Assembly (NCBI GenBank): GCA_001817065.1
Contig: MHHQ01000025.1
Coordinates: 55,528 to 119,527 of the forward strand
Origin: Candidatus Andersenbacteria bacterium RIFCSPHIGHO2_02_FULL_46_16
GTDB taxonomy: Bacteria > Patescibacteriota > Andersenbacteria > UBA10190
Reading direction: 5' to 3'
Length of the DNA stretch: 64,000 nt
This document shows, one piece after another, positions 10,153 through 19,937 of the stretch. Each line of letters starts with the position of its first letter. The stretch's first letter is position 1. Position numbers and translations under genes: made by a program. The notes under the pieces are model-generated. The model saw only the letters and a program-made list of their open reading frames with translations, was not told the DNA's origin and did not search any database.

Positions 10153-10807
10153 ACGCGGATATATTTCCATTGTTTTTGATGACGGATATGAGGCGGTCTA
10201 TCGCAATGCCATTCCTATTTTGCGCCGTCACCATCTACCGGCAGTAATTGCTTTGCCGCTTAATGGAGATAAACTAGCCAAGACAGAAAAGCGTGCTGTC
10301 CGGCCATGGTCCGAGTGGCTCTCCTTAGTGCCGGAGGGTTTTGAAATTGCCTCTCATTCCGTTAATCACCACAATCTGACTAAGCTTTCCCTGCCGGATC
10401 TTAACTTTGAATTGACTGAATCTGCCAAAAAACTGAATGCTGTAACGCTAGTCTATCCAGGTGGTGCCATTAATGACACTGTGATAAGTTTAGCTTCGCA
10501 AACTTATCAAGCTGGCCGCACTATCCACTATGGTTTCGAAACCGTACCTCCGCGCGAGCCAATGCGCCTTCGTTCCTACAATTTTTCTCGCCGCAACTTT
10601 TCTGTTATCAAAGCCAACCTGTTAGCCCTTTGGGTTTGGCTTACCAACTCTTGGCTGATTGAAACCTATCATCTTATTGACGAGCATGACCAAACCACCA
10701 TGCACAATGTAAAAACTAGCGACTTCAATCGGCACATGTCTTTCCTGGCTCGCTTGCCCGTTCAAGTTAAAACCATCAAAGACATTATCAATTTATCCAA
10801 AGCTTAG
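10145..10807 (+). CDS. Polysaccharide deacetylase (NodB-homology, CE4)
   Basis: ISIVFDDGYEAVYRNAIPILRRHHLPAVIAL gives the TFDDG-type motif 1 and ASHSVNHHNL gives the HSxxH motif 2. The start overlaps the upstream gene. Confidence 0.7.
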   Translation: MFKRGYISIVFDDGYEAVYRNAIPILRRHHLPAVIALPLNGDKLAKTEKRAVRPWSEWLSLVPEGFEIASHSVNHHNLTKLSLPDLNFELTESAKKLNAVTLVYPGGAINDTVISLASQTYQAGRTIHYGFETVPPREPMRLRSYNFSRRNFSVIKANLLALWVWLTNSWLIETYHLIDEHDQTTMHNVKTSDFNRHMSFLARLPVQVKTIKDIINLSKA

Positions 10808-10817
10808 ATTACGACTT

Positions 10818-11651
10818 ATGCTGTCTGCTATTATTATCACCCGCAACGAAGCATCCTCGATTGAGGGCTGTATTGCTAGCCTGTCCTTTGCCGATGAAGT
10901 AATTGTCATTGATTCCGGCAGTACTGATCAGACCATGTTATTAGCCAAGCGTTGCGGCGCAAAGGTTTTTACCCATGCCTGGGCAGGTTATGGTGAGCAA
11001 AAAAACTTTGGAGCAGCGAAGGCTATGGGGCAGTGGCTGCTTTTTATTGATGCTGACGAAAAGGTTTCTCCCGCATTAGATGACACTATTACTAGTTTAA
11101 TCAATACCCCCGCAGCTAACACCTACGATTATTATTGGCTGCGTATTATTACGATTTTTTTGCATCGTCCGCTCACTCATCTTTACGGTAATAATCTCCG
11201 CTTATTCAAAAAATCGGCCGGCCATTGGAACGACGCACCAGTCCATGAACAAGTCGTTGCCGGAAACAACCAAACCATCAAGCTAGGTGATCCGCTATCC
11301 GGCCGTCTCTTCCCTCCTCTTTTCCATTATTCCCATCACACCAGCAGTTCTTACCTTAAAAAAATGCACCATTACACCACCCTTGATGCTAACCAGATGT
11401 ATACGACTGGCCAGCATCGCTCTGGTCGCTCATATCAGCCATCCATCCTGTTGCCTTATCGTCTTTTTTTACGGCAGCTGGTTAAGTTGCTGTTCTATCG
11501 CCGTGGTTTTCTCGATGGTCTAGCCGGTTACGTTTGGTGTGTTTTATCTGCTTATTACGAATATGACATGAGCAAGAAATACGTTCGTCTTAGTCGTATA
11601 GAGCCACAAATCCCCTTTAATCCATCCTCACCAGATAAACCATTAAGTTAA
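10818..11651 (+). CDS. GT2 family glycosyltransferase (WaaE/KdtX-like, soluble GT-A)
   Basis: LSAIIITRNEASSIEGCI...VIVIDSGSTDQT...WLLFIDADEKV is a GT-A fold with DxD = DAD. No TM segments. Confidence 0.75.
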   Translation: MLSAIIITRNEASSIEGCIASLSFADEVIVIDSGSTDQTMLLAKRCGAKVFTHAWAGYGEQKNFGAAKAMGQWLLFIDADEKVSPALDDTITSLINTPAANTYDYYWLRIITIFLHRPLTHLYGNNLRLFKKSAGHWNDAPVHEQVVAGNNQTIKLGDPLSGRLFPPLFHYSHHTSSSYLKKMHHYTTLDANQMYTTGQHRSGRSYQPSILLPYRLFLRQLVKLLFYRRGFLDGLAGYVWCVLSAYYEYDMSKKYVRLSRIEPQIPFNPSSPDKPLS

Positions 11652-11668
11652 ATCAACCTCTTCTGCTT

Positions 11669-12826
11669 ATGCGCATCGTTCATACCTGCTTACGTTACCC
11701 TCCAGCTACCGGTGGAGTAGAAACCTATGTGCGTGAATTAGTTAAAAGAACCCGCAGTATTGCTCAAAATATTGATGTCCGCGTCTTAACCAGTAAAATG
11801 CGCACGCACGGCCCGATTACCGAGCTTAGTCCCGATCGCTTGCTTTATGATCCTCCATATGTGCAAAGATTGCATCACCTGGCCACTCCCCTTGTCTCTT
11901 ACCCTCGTCTGCAGGCTCTTAACTATTATCTAGGCCATCACCAACCAGATTTGGTTCATGCTTACAGCTTCTGGTATCAACCAGCCGATACGACCGCTCG
12001 CTGGTGTGCCAAACATCACCGGCCTTTCATTTTCCATCCGATGTATTACGAATCAGCTAACCGCCGCAAGCTATCTTGGCAAATCTATAAAAAAACTATT
12101 GGCTATCGCACTTTCGCTGCCGCCGACGCTGTTGTGGTAATCTCTCCTTTTGAACAATCACTGATTACCCGAGCCGGTTTCCCGGTTAAACGTTTTCATC
12201 TGATTCCGCCAGGTGTAGATCTGTCCGAATTTCAATCTGCTGCCCCAAATCCTTTCCAGTCTTCCCCCCCAGGCACCCCCACCCTTCTTTGTGTGTCCCG
12301 CCTGTCTGCCGACAAAAGCCTACAGGATATTATATCTGTTCTTCCGGACATTCTTCACGCCGCTCCCACCGCTCGTTTATTTATTGTCGGTGAGGATTTT
12401 GGCTATGTATCTGAACTATCCGCCCAGGTTGAAAGGTTGGGTTTAGCAGCCCATGTCCGATTACTAGGACATCTCAGCCGTCGCGAGCTAATCGGTGCCT
12501 ATCAACATGCTGATCTCTTTATCCACCCGTCTAAATACGAAGCCTTCGGTATCGTCATTGCCGAAGCTGTTGCAGCCCACCTACCAGTCATCGCGCGGGA
12601 TGCTGCCGCCATCCCCTATGTTGCTCCGCATAACCACTCCGCTCTTCTTTTCCATAATAACCATGAACTTACCCAGCACATTTTATCCTTGATAAAGCAT
12701 AACGAATTAGCACGCGAGCTGGCTGATAGGGCTTATGAACGGCTGATTACAAACTTCACATGGGATATTGCCCAAAAAAAAGTGATCGATCTTTATACAG
12801 AGTTTTCTGCAAAGATTAATCACTGA
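11669..12826 (+). CDS. GT4 family glycosyltransferase (GT-B)
   Basis: N-terminus MRIVHTCLRYPPATGGVETYVREL. C-terminal EAFGIVIAEAVAAHLPVIARDAAAIPYV matches the E-x7-E GT4 motif. Confidence 0.8.
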   Translation: MRIVHTCLRYPPATGGVETYVRELVKRTRSIAQNIDVRVLTSKMRTHGPITELSPDRLLYDPPYVQRLHHLATPLVSYPRLQALNYYLGHHQPDLVHAYSFWYQPADTTARWCAKHHRPFIFHPMYYESANRRKLSWQIYKKTIGYRTFAAADAVVVISPFEQSLITRAGFPVKRFHLIPPGVDLSEFQSAAPNPFQSSPPGTPTLLCVSRLSADKSLQDIISVLPDILHAAPTARLFIVGEDFGYVSELSAQVERLGLAAHVRLLGHLSRRELIGAYQHADLFIHPSKYEAFGIVIAEAVAAHLPVIARDAAAIPYVAPHNHSALLFHNNHELTQHILSLIKHNELARELADRAYERLITNFTWDIAQKKVIDLYTEFSAKINH

Positions 12827-13253
12827 CATCTAATGCATCAATCCGTCTGGCTGCTTGAATTTCTTGTGCTAGGACCAAAAGATTCTGCGATTCCCGATGC
12901 ACGATTTGACGTCGATGATATTTCGGACGTTCAAATAGGTTATCAAGATGATGGTCAGAATCACTGATTAAAATAATCAGAAAAGGTCCTTGTTCCCCAT
13001 GTCTTAACGCATCCTCTGCATCGCTCATCTCCTCTTTAAATGCCCGACCATCTCTATTAACTTCATCTAACGCGACTGCATGAGCTCCAAAATATTCCTT
13101 ATAACCTTCTGTCCAATTCGTGAAAGATCTAATCAAAACATCATCAAAACCGGCCATTTTTAGATATTTCACTATTCCATCTGGTCGGTCAGAAACAACA
13201 AACACATCTTTTCCGCTCATTGTCCTGCCCTTTTTGAGTTGGTGAGAGAACAA
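12816..13253 (-). CDS. Hypothetical charged soluble protein (145 aa), minus-strand orphan inside a plus-strand operon
   Basis: This ORF exactly fills the 476-bp gap between two plus-strand glycosyltransferase genes. It is Asp/Glu/Arg-rich, unlike its neighbours. A likely alternative start is MSGKDVFVV at about 13220. No recognisable family. Confidence 0.4.
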   Translation of the reverse strand: MFSHQLKKGRTMSGKDVFVVSDRPDGIVKYLKMAGFDDVLIRSFTNWTEGYKEYFGAHAVALDEVNRDGRAFKEEMSDAEDALRHGEQGPFLIILISDSDHHLDNLFERPKYHRRQIVHRESQNLLVLAQEIQAARRIDALDVSD

Positions 13254-13302
13254 AAAAACTTTATAATATACCTTATATTAACTATCAAACTAATATACAT
13301 TC

Positions 13303-14382
13303 ATGTCAAACTCCAGCCACTATTTAATACTTTCCCTCTCCGGCATTGGTAATTATCTAATGCACTCCTCTATTTTTCGCGCCATCAAAATTCATCAGCC
13401 TTCTTCGTCTCTTACGGTTTGGGTTGCGCCTCGCAATACCGCCGTGCTGGCTAAAGCTAATCCAGATATTGATCACGTCATCAAGGCACCCATTAAACGC
13501 ACCCTCATCGGACACCTGCAGCAAATTAGGAAATTACACCGCTTATCCGCTGACACCGGCCTTGTCCTCTATCCGGGACAGCATTGGAAAAGTGCGCTCT
13601 ATATGTTTTTAGCTGGTCTGGATACCCGCCTCGGTCATCGTTATTTACATCTGAGTAATCCAGACAGTTCCTTATTACTTACAGAATCCGTCGCGGTCAA
13701 TCCCGCTAAACACGATATTGAGCAAAATCTTGCGTTGCTCGCACCTCTAAACATTCCTGTGCCCTCATCGCTGCTGCCTTATTATGCCCATATACCTACT
13801 CATTATCAGCAACAGGCCGAAGCTTTGCTCAATCGTCTTAATCGTTCCTCAGCACCGGATAAAATTCTCGTCGGCCTTCATCCTGGCTGTGCCCCAGACT
13901 TTTCCTGGAAACGCTGGCCGCTAGATCATTATTCTCGGCTAGCCAAACAATTAGTTAAACAACACAATGCCCATATTATTATTTTTGGCGGCGGGATGGA
14001 ACTACCCATGATGAAAAAACTACGCCGTCTGATCGGTCAACAGCACGCATCGATCATATCCACCCATCTATTAACCGCCGCTGCCGTTATTAAACAATGT
14101 AACCTCTTCATCGCCAACGATTCTGGTTTGATGCACTTAGCATCTGCCGTATCAGTTCCGACCATTGGTCTCTTCGGTCCCACCGATGAGCACCGGACTG
14201 GTCCGCGCGGACTCAATAGTCTGGCTTTGCGTGCAGCGGGCACTACCCCTGTCTATGATGTGACTACCAACTTTTCTCTTGGCACCGAGCCTCACTCCAG
14301 CTTACTCGCCCTGAACCCAGAACAAGTGCGCGACGCCGCTTCTTCTCTGCTGTCTAAAAATATCCCCTCCCATCAAGTATAA
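13303..14382 (+). CDS. Glycosyltransferase family 9 (heptosyltransferase-like)
   Basis: ILSLSGIGNYLMHSSIFRAIKIHQPSSSLTVWV and the C-terminal IANDSGLMHLASAVSVPTIGLFGPT are GT9 hallmarks (the GNDSGPMHLAAA box). Confidence 0.75.
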   Translation: MSNSSHYLILSLSGIGNYLMHSSIFRAIKIHQPSSSLTVWVAPRNTAVLAKANPDIDHVIKAPIKRTLIGHLQQIRKLHRLSADTGLVLYPGQHWKSALYMFLAGLDTRLGHRYLHLSNPDSSLLLTESVAVNPAKHDIEQNLALLAPLNIPVPSSLLPYYAHIPTHYQQQAEALLNRLNRSSAPDKILVGLHPGCAPDFSWKRWPLDHYSRLAKQLVKQHNAHIIIFGGGMELPMMKKLRRLIGQQHASIISTHLLTAAAVIKQCNLFIANDSGLMHLASAVSVPTIGLFGPTDEHRTGPRGLNSLALRAAGTTPVYDVTTNFSLGTEPHSSLLALNPEQVRDAASSLLSKNIPSHQV

Positions 14383-14456
14383 TTGCCAAACCTTAACTAG
14401 CTTCTCCCATCAGCTAGCCGGCCTTATCATCTGTCCTTTACCCCCACACCCAGAAA

Positions 14457-14479
14457 GCGCCGGCCTTTAAGGCCGGTGA
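14457..14479. terminator. GC hairpin (CGCCGGCC-TTTAA-GGCCGGTG), part of a bidirectional terminator between convergent genes
   Basis: Seen in sequence between the 13303..14382(+) stop and the 14541..15506(-) stop. On the minus strand the hairpin is followed by CTTTCT; on the plus strand a T5 run lies 8 nt downstream. Confidence 0.45.
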
Positions 14480-14510
14480 TGAATGGTTTTTATATTAGCT
14501 CCGCTGAAAA

Positions 14511-14532
14511 GCCCTGGCTTTTAGGCCAGGGT
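14511..14532. terminator. GC hairpin (GCCCTGGC-TTTTAG-GCCAGGGT), part of a bidirectional terminator
   Basis: Perfect 7-8 bp stem immediately 3' of the minus-strand gene stop at 14541. On the minus strand it is followed by CTTTTC. Confidence 0.5.
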
Positions 14533-14540
14533 GTGAGGGT

Positions 14541-15506
14541 TTATCTAACCCTTGCGCCCAGCGTTTGTTTTTGCATTTGCTTATCGCCCATCAAATCATT
14601 CGTGTCCAGGCGGTTAATTTCATATCGCATATCTGCCAGCCGGTTTTTAGTTTCGCCTCCTTTGGTCGTAAAACCGGCCGCACAACCTGTTTCCACTAAC
14701 AATCTGATCGTCTCTTGATTATAAGCGCCATAAGGATAGCACATAGTCCACCCGTCATTTGCCAAACCAATACTCGCTAGTTGTTGTCGCGACTGATCAA
14801 TCTCCTGTCTTTGGTCAACCGCCGTTAACTTATCAAACCATTTATGGTTATAGCCATGATTGCCAATATACATGCCAGCTTCGCGTAGCTCCTTAACTTG
14901 ATCAACCGTCATGTACAAGGCGTCCGCTACACTTTTTTCGTCCGCACTGACATATTCTGTAAACAATTGATTAATTATCGTTGTCCTGAAATCATCCGGT
15001 AAAGCGAATTGCAGCATATTCTTTATGTACTTCACGTCCAGTCTATCAAACCGCCCGGCCTTGGCATATAAACGCCGATACTCCGTTGGTGCTAATAGAT
15101 CATGCCTTATCCGCTGCTCGTCGATCACTTGATGCAGTCGGCTAATAATCTCCTTACTATCTACGCTTCCTAAAATTAATTGCACCTGATTGGTTTCAGT
15201 CAATTTCCTCTCCCACACTGCACGGGTTGAAATAAAAAACAGTCCGGTTACATTCTCGCTAACTAACACCGGCCACACATTTTGCCAGTGGTCGATATAT
15301 CCATCATCAAACGTGAGCAAGATGTCTGAATCCTCCATCACTCCGCTGCTCGCAATTTTATCTAACACTTCCGCCGTCGTGACAATCCTTCCTGTACTCT
15401 TCAAATACTTAACCTGGTCATGAAACGTTTTTACCGGCAACACTTTCAACTGCGGTTTTCCCTCGGGGGCTTGTTCGCGCACATAATGGTAGGTGACTAT
15501 TCGCAT
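14541..15506 (-). CDS. Polysaccharide deacetylase (NodB-homology, CE4)
   Basis: ILLTFDDGYIDHWQNVWPVL gives motif 1. YIGNHGYNHKW gives the His-His motif. Confidence 0.7.
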   Translation of the reverse strand: MRIVTYHYVREQAPEGKPQLKVLPVKTFHDQVKYLKSTGRIVTTAEVLDKIASSGVMEDSDILLTFDDGYIDHWQNVWPVLVSENVTGLFFISTRAVWERKLTETNQVQLILGSVDSKEIISRLHQVIDEQRIRHDLLAPTEYRRLYAKAGRFDRLDVKYIKNMLQFALPDDFRTTIINQLFTEYVSADEKSVADALYMTVDQVKELREAGMYIGNHGYNHKWFDKLTAVDQRQEIDQSRQQLASIGLANDGWTMCYPYGAYNQETIRLLVETGCAAGFTTKGGETKNRLADMRYEINRLDTNDLMGDKQMQKQTLGARVR

Positions 15507-15526
15507 GCTCTGGAAACGCTGGCGTA

Positions 15527-16438
15527 TTATTCCTTAACTCCATGAATCATAAAGGCTGATGCCGCGCCGATCAGTCGCAAGTTATTTACCGCATACTTCT
15601 GCATTAGTTTTGCGATCTCGTAATGTACTTGCGGCTGCTCCTCCTTAAAACTTGGCGGTCCAATATGTATATGGATTGGTGATACGCCAGCTACCTTAAA
15701 ACTCTCGCGATCCATCATTTTCATTAGCTGGATCGGCGTATATTGGTAACGGCAATTAACGTCAATACCAGTTGCCGCATGCTTCATGTCTTCTTTTTGC
15801 AGCGGCACTGATTCCATGTTCAAAAGCTCGCTAATCTTTGTCCGATTACCTAAAGCCACCATTTCATTCACTAATTGCTCTATCGTCCCGCTTTCGATTT
15901 CTTCCCTGGTATAGTCATTCGCCGACATGACATTAAATAACCGATTTCTGGCGCTGACAATCAGCGACCCTCCCGGCTTTAGGATCCGATAGGCATCGTT
16001 GAAAAAATCATCCCTTTGCTCATAGGACACATACTCGATAAAACCATTCGCAACCACCACGTCGTAACTGGCATCATCGACATGCCAGTCAAAATAATCA
16101 GCTAAGATAAATTCCGCCAAGTTCAACTTATCATCAATCGCTCTTTTGTGCGCCAGATCCACCATACCCCCTGCGATGTCTATACCTGTTGCCTTAATGC
16201 CCATTTTAGCCGCTTCACACACCAAATCACCCACGCCGCTGCCTATATCCAGCAGATACTTTGCTTCTGGCAGTCTCTTTAATATGCCCAACACATAATC
16301 ATTGCGCTGCTTAATCACATTAACCTTATTAGTTATCTGTCCAGAGGCTTTGCTGTCCCATTCCTGCGCTTTGTTATTAAAAAATCGCCAGGCTTCCTCC
16401 TGCTGTTTTGTGCGCTTAATTTTTTCCTTTATTTGCAT
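15527..16438 (-). CDS. Class I SAM-dependent methyltransferase
   Basis: LLDIGSGVGDLVCEAAKMGIKATGIDIAGGMV is motif I (the GxGxG box). ILKPGGSLIVS is the post-II motif. Confidence 0.75.
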   Translation of the reverse strand: MQIKEKIKRTKQQEEAWRFFNNKAQEWDSKASGQITNKVNVIKQRNDYVLGILKRLPEAKYLLDIGSGVGDLVCEAAKMGIKATGIDIAGGMVDLAHKRAIDDKLNLAEFILADYFDWHVDDASYDVVVANGFIEYVSYEQRDDFFNDAYRILKPGGSLIVSARNRLFNVMSANDYTREEIESGTIEQLVNEMVALGNRTKISELLNMESVPLQKEDMKHAATGIDVNCRYQYTPIQLMKMMDRESFKVAGVSPIHIHIGPPSFKEEQPQVHYEIAKLMQKYAVNNLRLIGAASAFMIHGVKE

Positions 16439-17684
16439 AAGTTGTTATTACTTCTTTATAGAAATCTTCGTACAAAGAAGCAATGTTATTTTTATTTAAA
16501 TTAATTTTCGTCCACTCGCAGCCTAATTTACCCATTTTCTGCCGTTCCAGATCATTCATTTGCAGCGCTCTCATTAGCACGTGACTCAAAGCCTTTGCTG
16601 ATCTACGTTCAAACAACAAGCCTGTTTCTCCTGGTCTTATCATCTCGCTTGGTCCGCCTACATTAGCTGCTACCACCACTTTGCCCCGCGCCATACCTTC
16701 CGCTACTGTTCGCCCGAACGGCTCGTACCAAAGATGCGGAGCGACGACAATCCGTGCCTGATCGTATTCCCTAATTATCTGGTCCCACGCAATTTTACCC
16801 ACAATTTGTACGGAATATTGCATGCCTGCTCGCCCTACTACTGTTTCGTATTCCTGTCTATTTGTGCCTTCCCCGACAATTTTTAATGTCGCTTGCGGTG
16901 CCATCTTGGCTACCTGCCTCCAGCTCTCTAATAATAACCCGACCCCTTTATAGTTTTCCACTGTTCCCACATATAAAACCTTGCCTGTATAACCGTCGCT
17001 AATATTGTTGCTTAAAAAGTTATCCGCAATCGGATTATAAATAACTTTCCTCGGTACATGGCTTTCCTCTCTTTGCTGACTAATTATTTCCATTTGTTGG
17101 CGGGAAATGTAGACTTCTCCATCCAGTTCAGAAAATTTACTTTTACGGTAATTAATGTTCATTCTGTACTGCCATAATCTGGCCCATCGTCTCGGCCCAT
17201 TTACCTCTGCTATCCGATGAGACAAATAAGCGTCTTGAATACTATCGGCCGGTAAGTCACCGCTAGCGGTGATAAAATTCGTTGATCCGCTGCACACAGC
17301 ATAGTCTCTGATAGTTGCTATAATTGGCGCGCCACTGCCCTGAAACATTCGTCGCCATTCCATTAATCCCAGCACTGACCGAAAATCATTAGCGTGGACT
17401 ATATCAGCCGCTTCTAATAAATCTTTTTGGCTATTTAACGCCCTAGCTATCGCTCGACTTTTTCTCTTTTCATCCAAGGGTTTGTCGCGTAGACCCGCCG
17501 CTACTTTATAAACTTTTAAACCATCAAATTCTTCAGTACCTACTTGACCCTCCGTAATTACACTCACTTCATTTCCTTTCTCATGCAAACCCCTAGCCAG
17601 CAAATAAGTCGATATCTCTGCTCCCCCCTTTGTCTCCGGCGGGAAATAAGCAGTCACTAATACAACCTTTAATCCTTTGCCCAT
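16416..17684 (-). CDS. GT4 family glycosyltransferase
   Basis: VVLVTAYFPPETKGGAEISTYLLARGL and EPFGRTVAEGMARGKVVVAANVGGPSEMI (E-x7-E). Confidence 0.8.
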   Translation of the reverse strand: MGKGLKVVLVTAYFPPETKGGAEISTYLLARGLHEKGNEVSVITEGQVGTEEFDGLKVYKVAAGLRDKPLDEKRKSRAIARALNSQKDLLEAADIVHANDFRSVLGLMEWRRMFQGSGAPIIATIRDYAVCSGSTNFITASGDLPADSIQDAYLSHRIAEVNGPRRWARLWQYRMNINYRKSKFSELDGEVYISRQQMEIISQQREESHVPRKVIYNPIADNFLSNNISDGYTGKVLYVGTVENYKGVGLLLESWRQVAKMAPQATLKIVGEGTNRQEYETVVGRAGMQYSVQIVGKIAWDQIIREYDQARIVVAPHLWYEPFGRTVAEGMARGKVVVAANVGGPSEMIRPGETGLLFERRSAKALSHVLMRALQMNDLERQKMGKLGCEWTKINLNKNNIASLYEDFYKEVITTYANKGKN

Positions 17685-18826
17685 AGTACTTTTTTATATA
17701 CGTCGATTACCTGCCGCGCCGACTTTTCCCAGCTGAAATGCTCTACTTGCTTTTTCCCTAGCGCCTTTAGTTGATCCCGTAATCTTTCGTTTACCAGCAC
17801 GTCCCGCACTCCTTGAACCATCGCTTTTTCATCGCCTGCCTGGCACATTATGCTAGCGTTGCCCACTACTTCCGGTATAGCAGTGGCTTTAACCGTTACA
17901 ATCGGCAATTGCGTAGCCATAGCCTGTACCAGCGGCAAGCCAAACCCCTCATTGGTTGATGGAAACAACAGCATATCACACATATTGTATAGCTCGTTTA
18001 ATTCTTCATTACTGACATCACCAATAAATTTTACCCGAGACCGTAAACCTGCCTGGTCAATCTTAGCCAGTAACTTTTCTCTTTCCGCTAAAATGCCGGC
18101 CGCGCCTGCCTTGAGTAACATGACATTTTGCCCTTGCTTGATTAATTCGCCCAGCACATGAATAGCCGCGCCCGCGTTCTTTCTCGGGTGATCAGATCCG
18201 ACAAATAATATTATTTTAGTGTCATTTCCAATGCCCCACTTTTTTTTCGCGGCTTGATAACCAATCGTATCCCGATAATGTTCGATGTGCTGCCACTCAT
18301 TTCCAACACCATTATAAATAACCGTGATCTTATCACCTGATATTCCATAATACTTCTTAACTTCACCCGCCGTGTATTTTGACACAGCAATTATTTGCGT
18401 GGCATCTTTAATGCCGCTTAATAAATACCGATTCACATATTTCGATAATTTATGCTGCGGATCCGTTAATTCAATTAAGTCATGTACAGTCACCACTGTC
18501 GGCTGCACGGCGCTTCTGGTCAGCCAGCTTAAAGACTGATTAGTGATATGCCATAAGTCGTACTGTCGCTTGTCCCGCTGCCTAATGTATTTTTTCCACC
18601 TATTTCCTAATCTAATCCAATTAATTGATTTGTTCTTAAAGCCAAATTTAGTGCTAACCCAATCAGCCGGTCGCCCTTCCTTGCTCAACAAACCTCGCCC
18701 GCCATCCAGATGGAAGTCACATATCGTTACGCCTTCTTTGCCCGCTCTAATATGTTTCTTTATCTCGAGAGCTCTATATCCGACACCCGATCGATCTGAG
18801 CTATTTGTTAAATAAGCAATGCGCAT
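17669..18826 (-). CDS. GT4 family glycosyltransferase
   Basis: EGFGLPLVQAMATQLPIVTVKATAIPEVVGNA matches the GT4 motif. 385 aa, GT-B layout. Confidence 0.8.
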   Translation of the reverse strand: MRIAYLTNSSDRSGVGYRALEIKKHIRAGKEGVTICDFHLDGGRGLLSKEGRPADWVSTKFGFKNKSINWIRLGNRWKKYIRQRDKRQYDLWHITNQSLSWLTRSAVQPTVVTVHDLIELTDPQHKLSKYVNRYLLSGIKDATQIIAVSKYTAGEVKKYYGISGDKITVIYNGVGNEWQHIEHYRDTIGYQAAKKKWGIGNDTKIILFVGSDHPRKNAGAAIHVLGELIKQGQNVMLLKAGAAGILAEREKLLAKIDQAGLRSRVKFIGDVSNEELNELYNMCDMLLFPSTNEGFGLPLVQAMATQLPIVTVKATAIPEVVGNASIMCQAGDEKAMVQGVRDVLVNERLRDQLKALGKKQVEHFSWEKSARQVIDVYKKVLWAKD

Positions 18827-18830
18827 ATCT

Positions 18831-19937
18831 TTATCCCGCTACCTTTTTATAAACGTCAATGGTTTTATCCACTACCTCATCCCAACTATTTATCATGGCT
18901 CTCTTTTTCCCCTTTTCCGCCATCGCCGCGAGTCTGTTTTCATCTTGCAATACGGACAACATACGACTACTCAAATCATCAATAAACGACTCATCTAGCA
19001 GCCGATCACTCAATCGGTCTTTATAAAAATTAACTATCTCGCCGCTATCTCCTACTACTTCCGGTAAAGCACCGCCGTTGCTCACTATAACCGGTACTCC
19101 ATATGCCATCGCTTCCTGCGGTGGGAATCCCCACCCCTCGTAGACGGATGGCCAAACAAATAAATCAGCCTGACTATATAATCCACGCAGTTCCTTCTCA
19201 AATACAAACCCTCGCCAGCTGACCCTATCTTCTATTTTTAGTTTGCGCGCTAATGTCAGCCATACGGCTGACCCTTTATAGGCCTTTCCGGCAATTATTA
19301 AACGATGAGGTATCTGTTGATGTATCCGTGCAAAGGCTTTTAGCAGTGCACCGATATTCTTCCGCGGTTCAAGAGTACCAACAAATAATATATTAGCCTC
19401 CCCAGTCGACTTTTCAGGCAAATCCCTAAACCTATCATCAACACAGAGCGTTGTGACACTGATTTTGTCAGGCTCCACCCGTAATCTCTCGCAAATATCC
19501 CGCTTGCTTGCTTCTGAAATTGTTAAGATATGGTCGCTTTTATCCGCCGCTCTTTGCAACGCTTGTGGCCAATACCATCGTCGCGATAATTTTTGGCTGC
19601 TCGGCATTAGTAGCGGAATTACATCATAAATCGTCACCACCGTCGGCCGCACTTTATGACTTGGTACATCTGCTTTGGTGTAGTGAACAACGTCCGGATG
19701 AATTTCTTGCAATTTCTTCTCTACCTGTCGGTTTAACCAATAATTTAGCCCGATTGCTCCATATCTTTTCACTACTACAGCTTTGTGTATATCCGTCTCG
19801 ATTGGTACCGGGAAATCAACTATCGGATAACAACTTAGATCGCTCTTTTGCATCAACTTCCTTAACAGGTTCTTGACGTAACGATTCACTCCACCCCCCT
19901 GATTTGCTAAAGCTCTGGCTTCAATCGCTACTTTCAT
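18831..19937 (-). CDS. GT4 family glycosyltransferase
   Basis: [33 protein letters not shown]. Confidence 0.8.
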   Translation of the reverse strand: MKVAIEARALANQGGGVNRYVKNLLRKLMQKSDLSCYPIVDFPVPIETDIHKAVVVKRYGAIGLNYWLNRQVEKKLQEIHPDVVHYTKADVPSHKVRPTVVTIYDVIPLLMPSSQKLSRRWYWPQALQRAADKSDHILTISEASKRDICERLRVEPDKISVTTLCVDDRFRDLPEKSTGEANILFVGTLEPRKNIGALLKAFARIHQQIPHRLIIAGKAYKGSAVWLTLARKLKIEDRVSWRGFVFEKELRGLYSQADLFVWPSVYEGWGFPPQEAMAYGVPVIVSNGGALPEVVGDSGEIVNFYKDRLSDRLLDESFIDDLSSRMLSVLQDENRLAAMAEKGKKRAMINSWDEVVDKTIDVYKKVAG

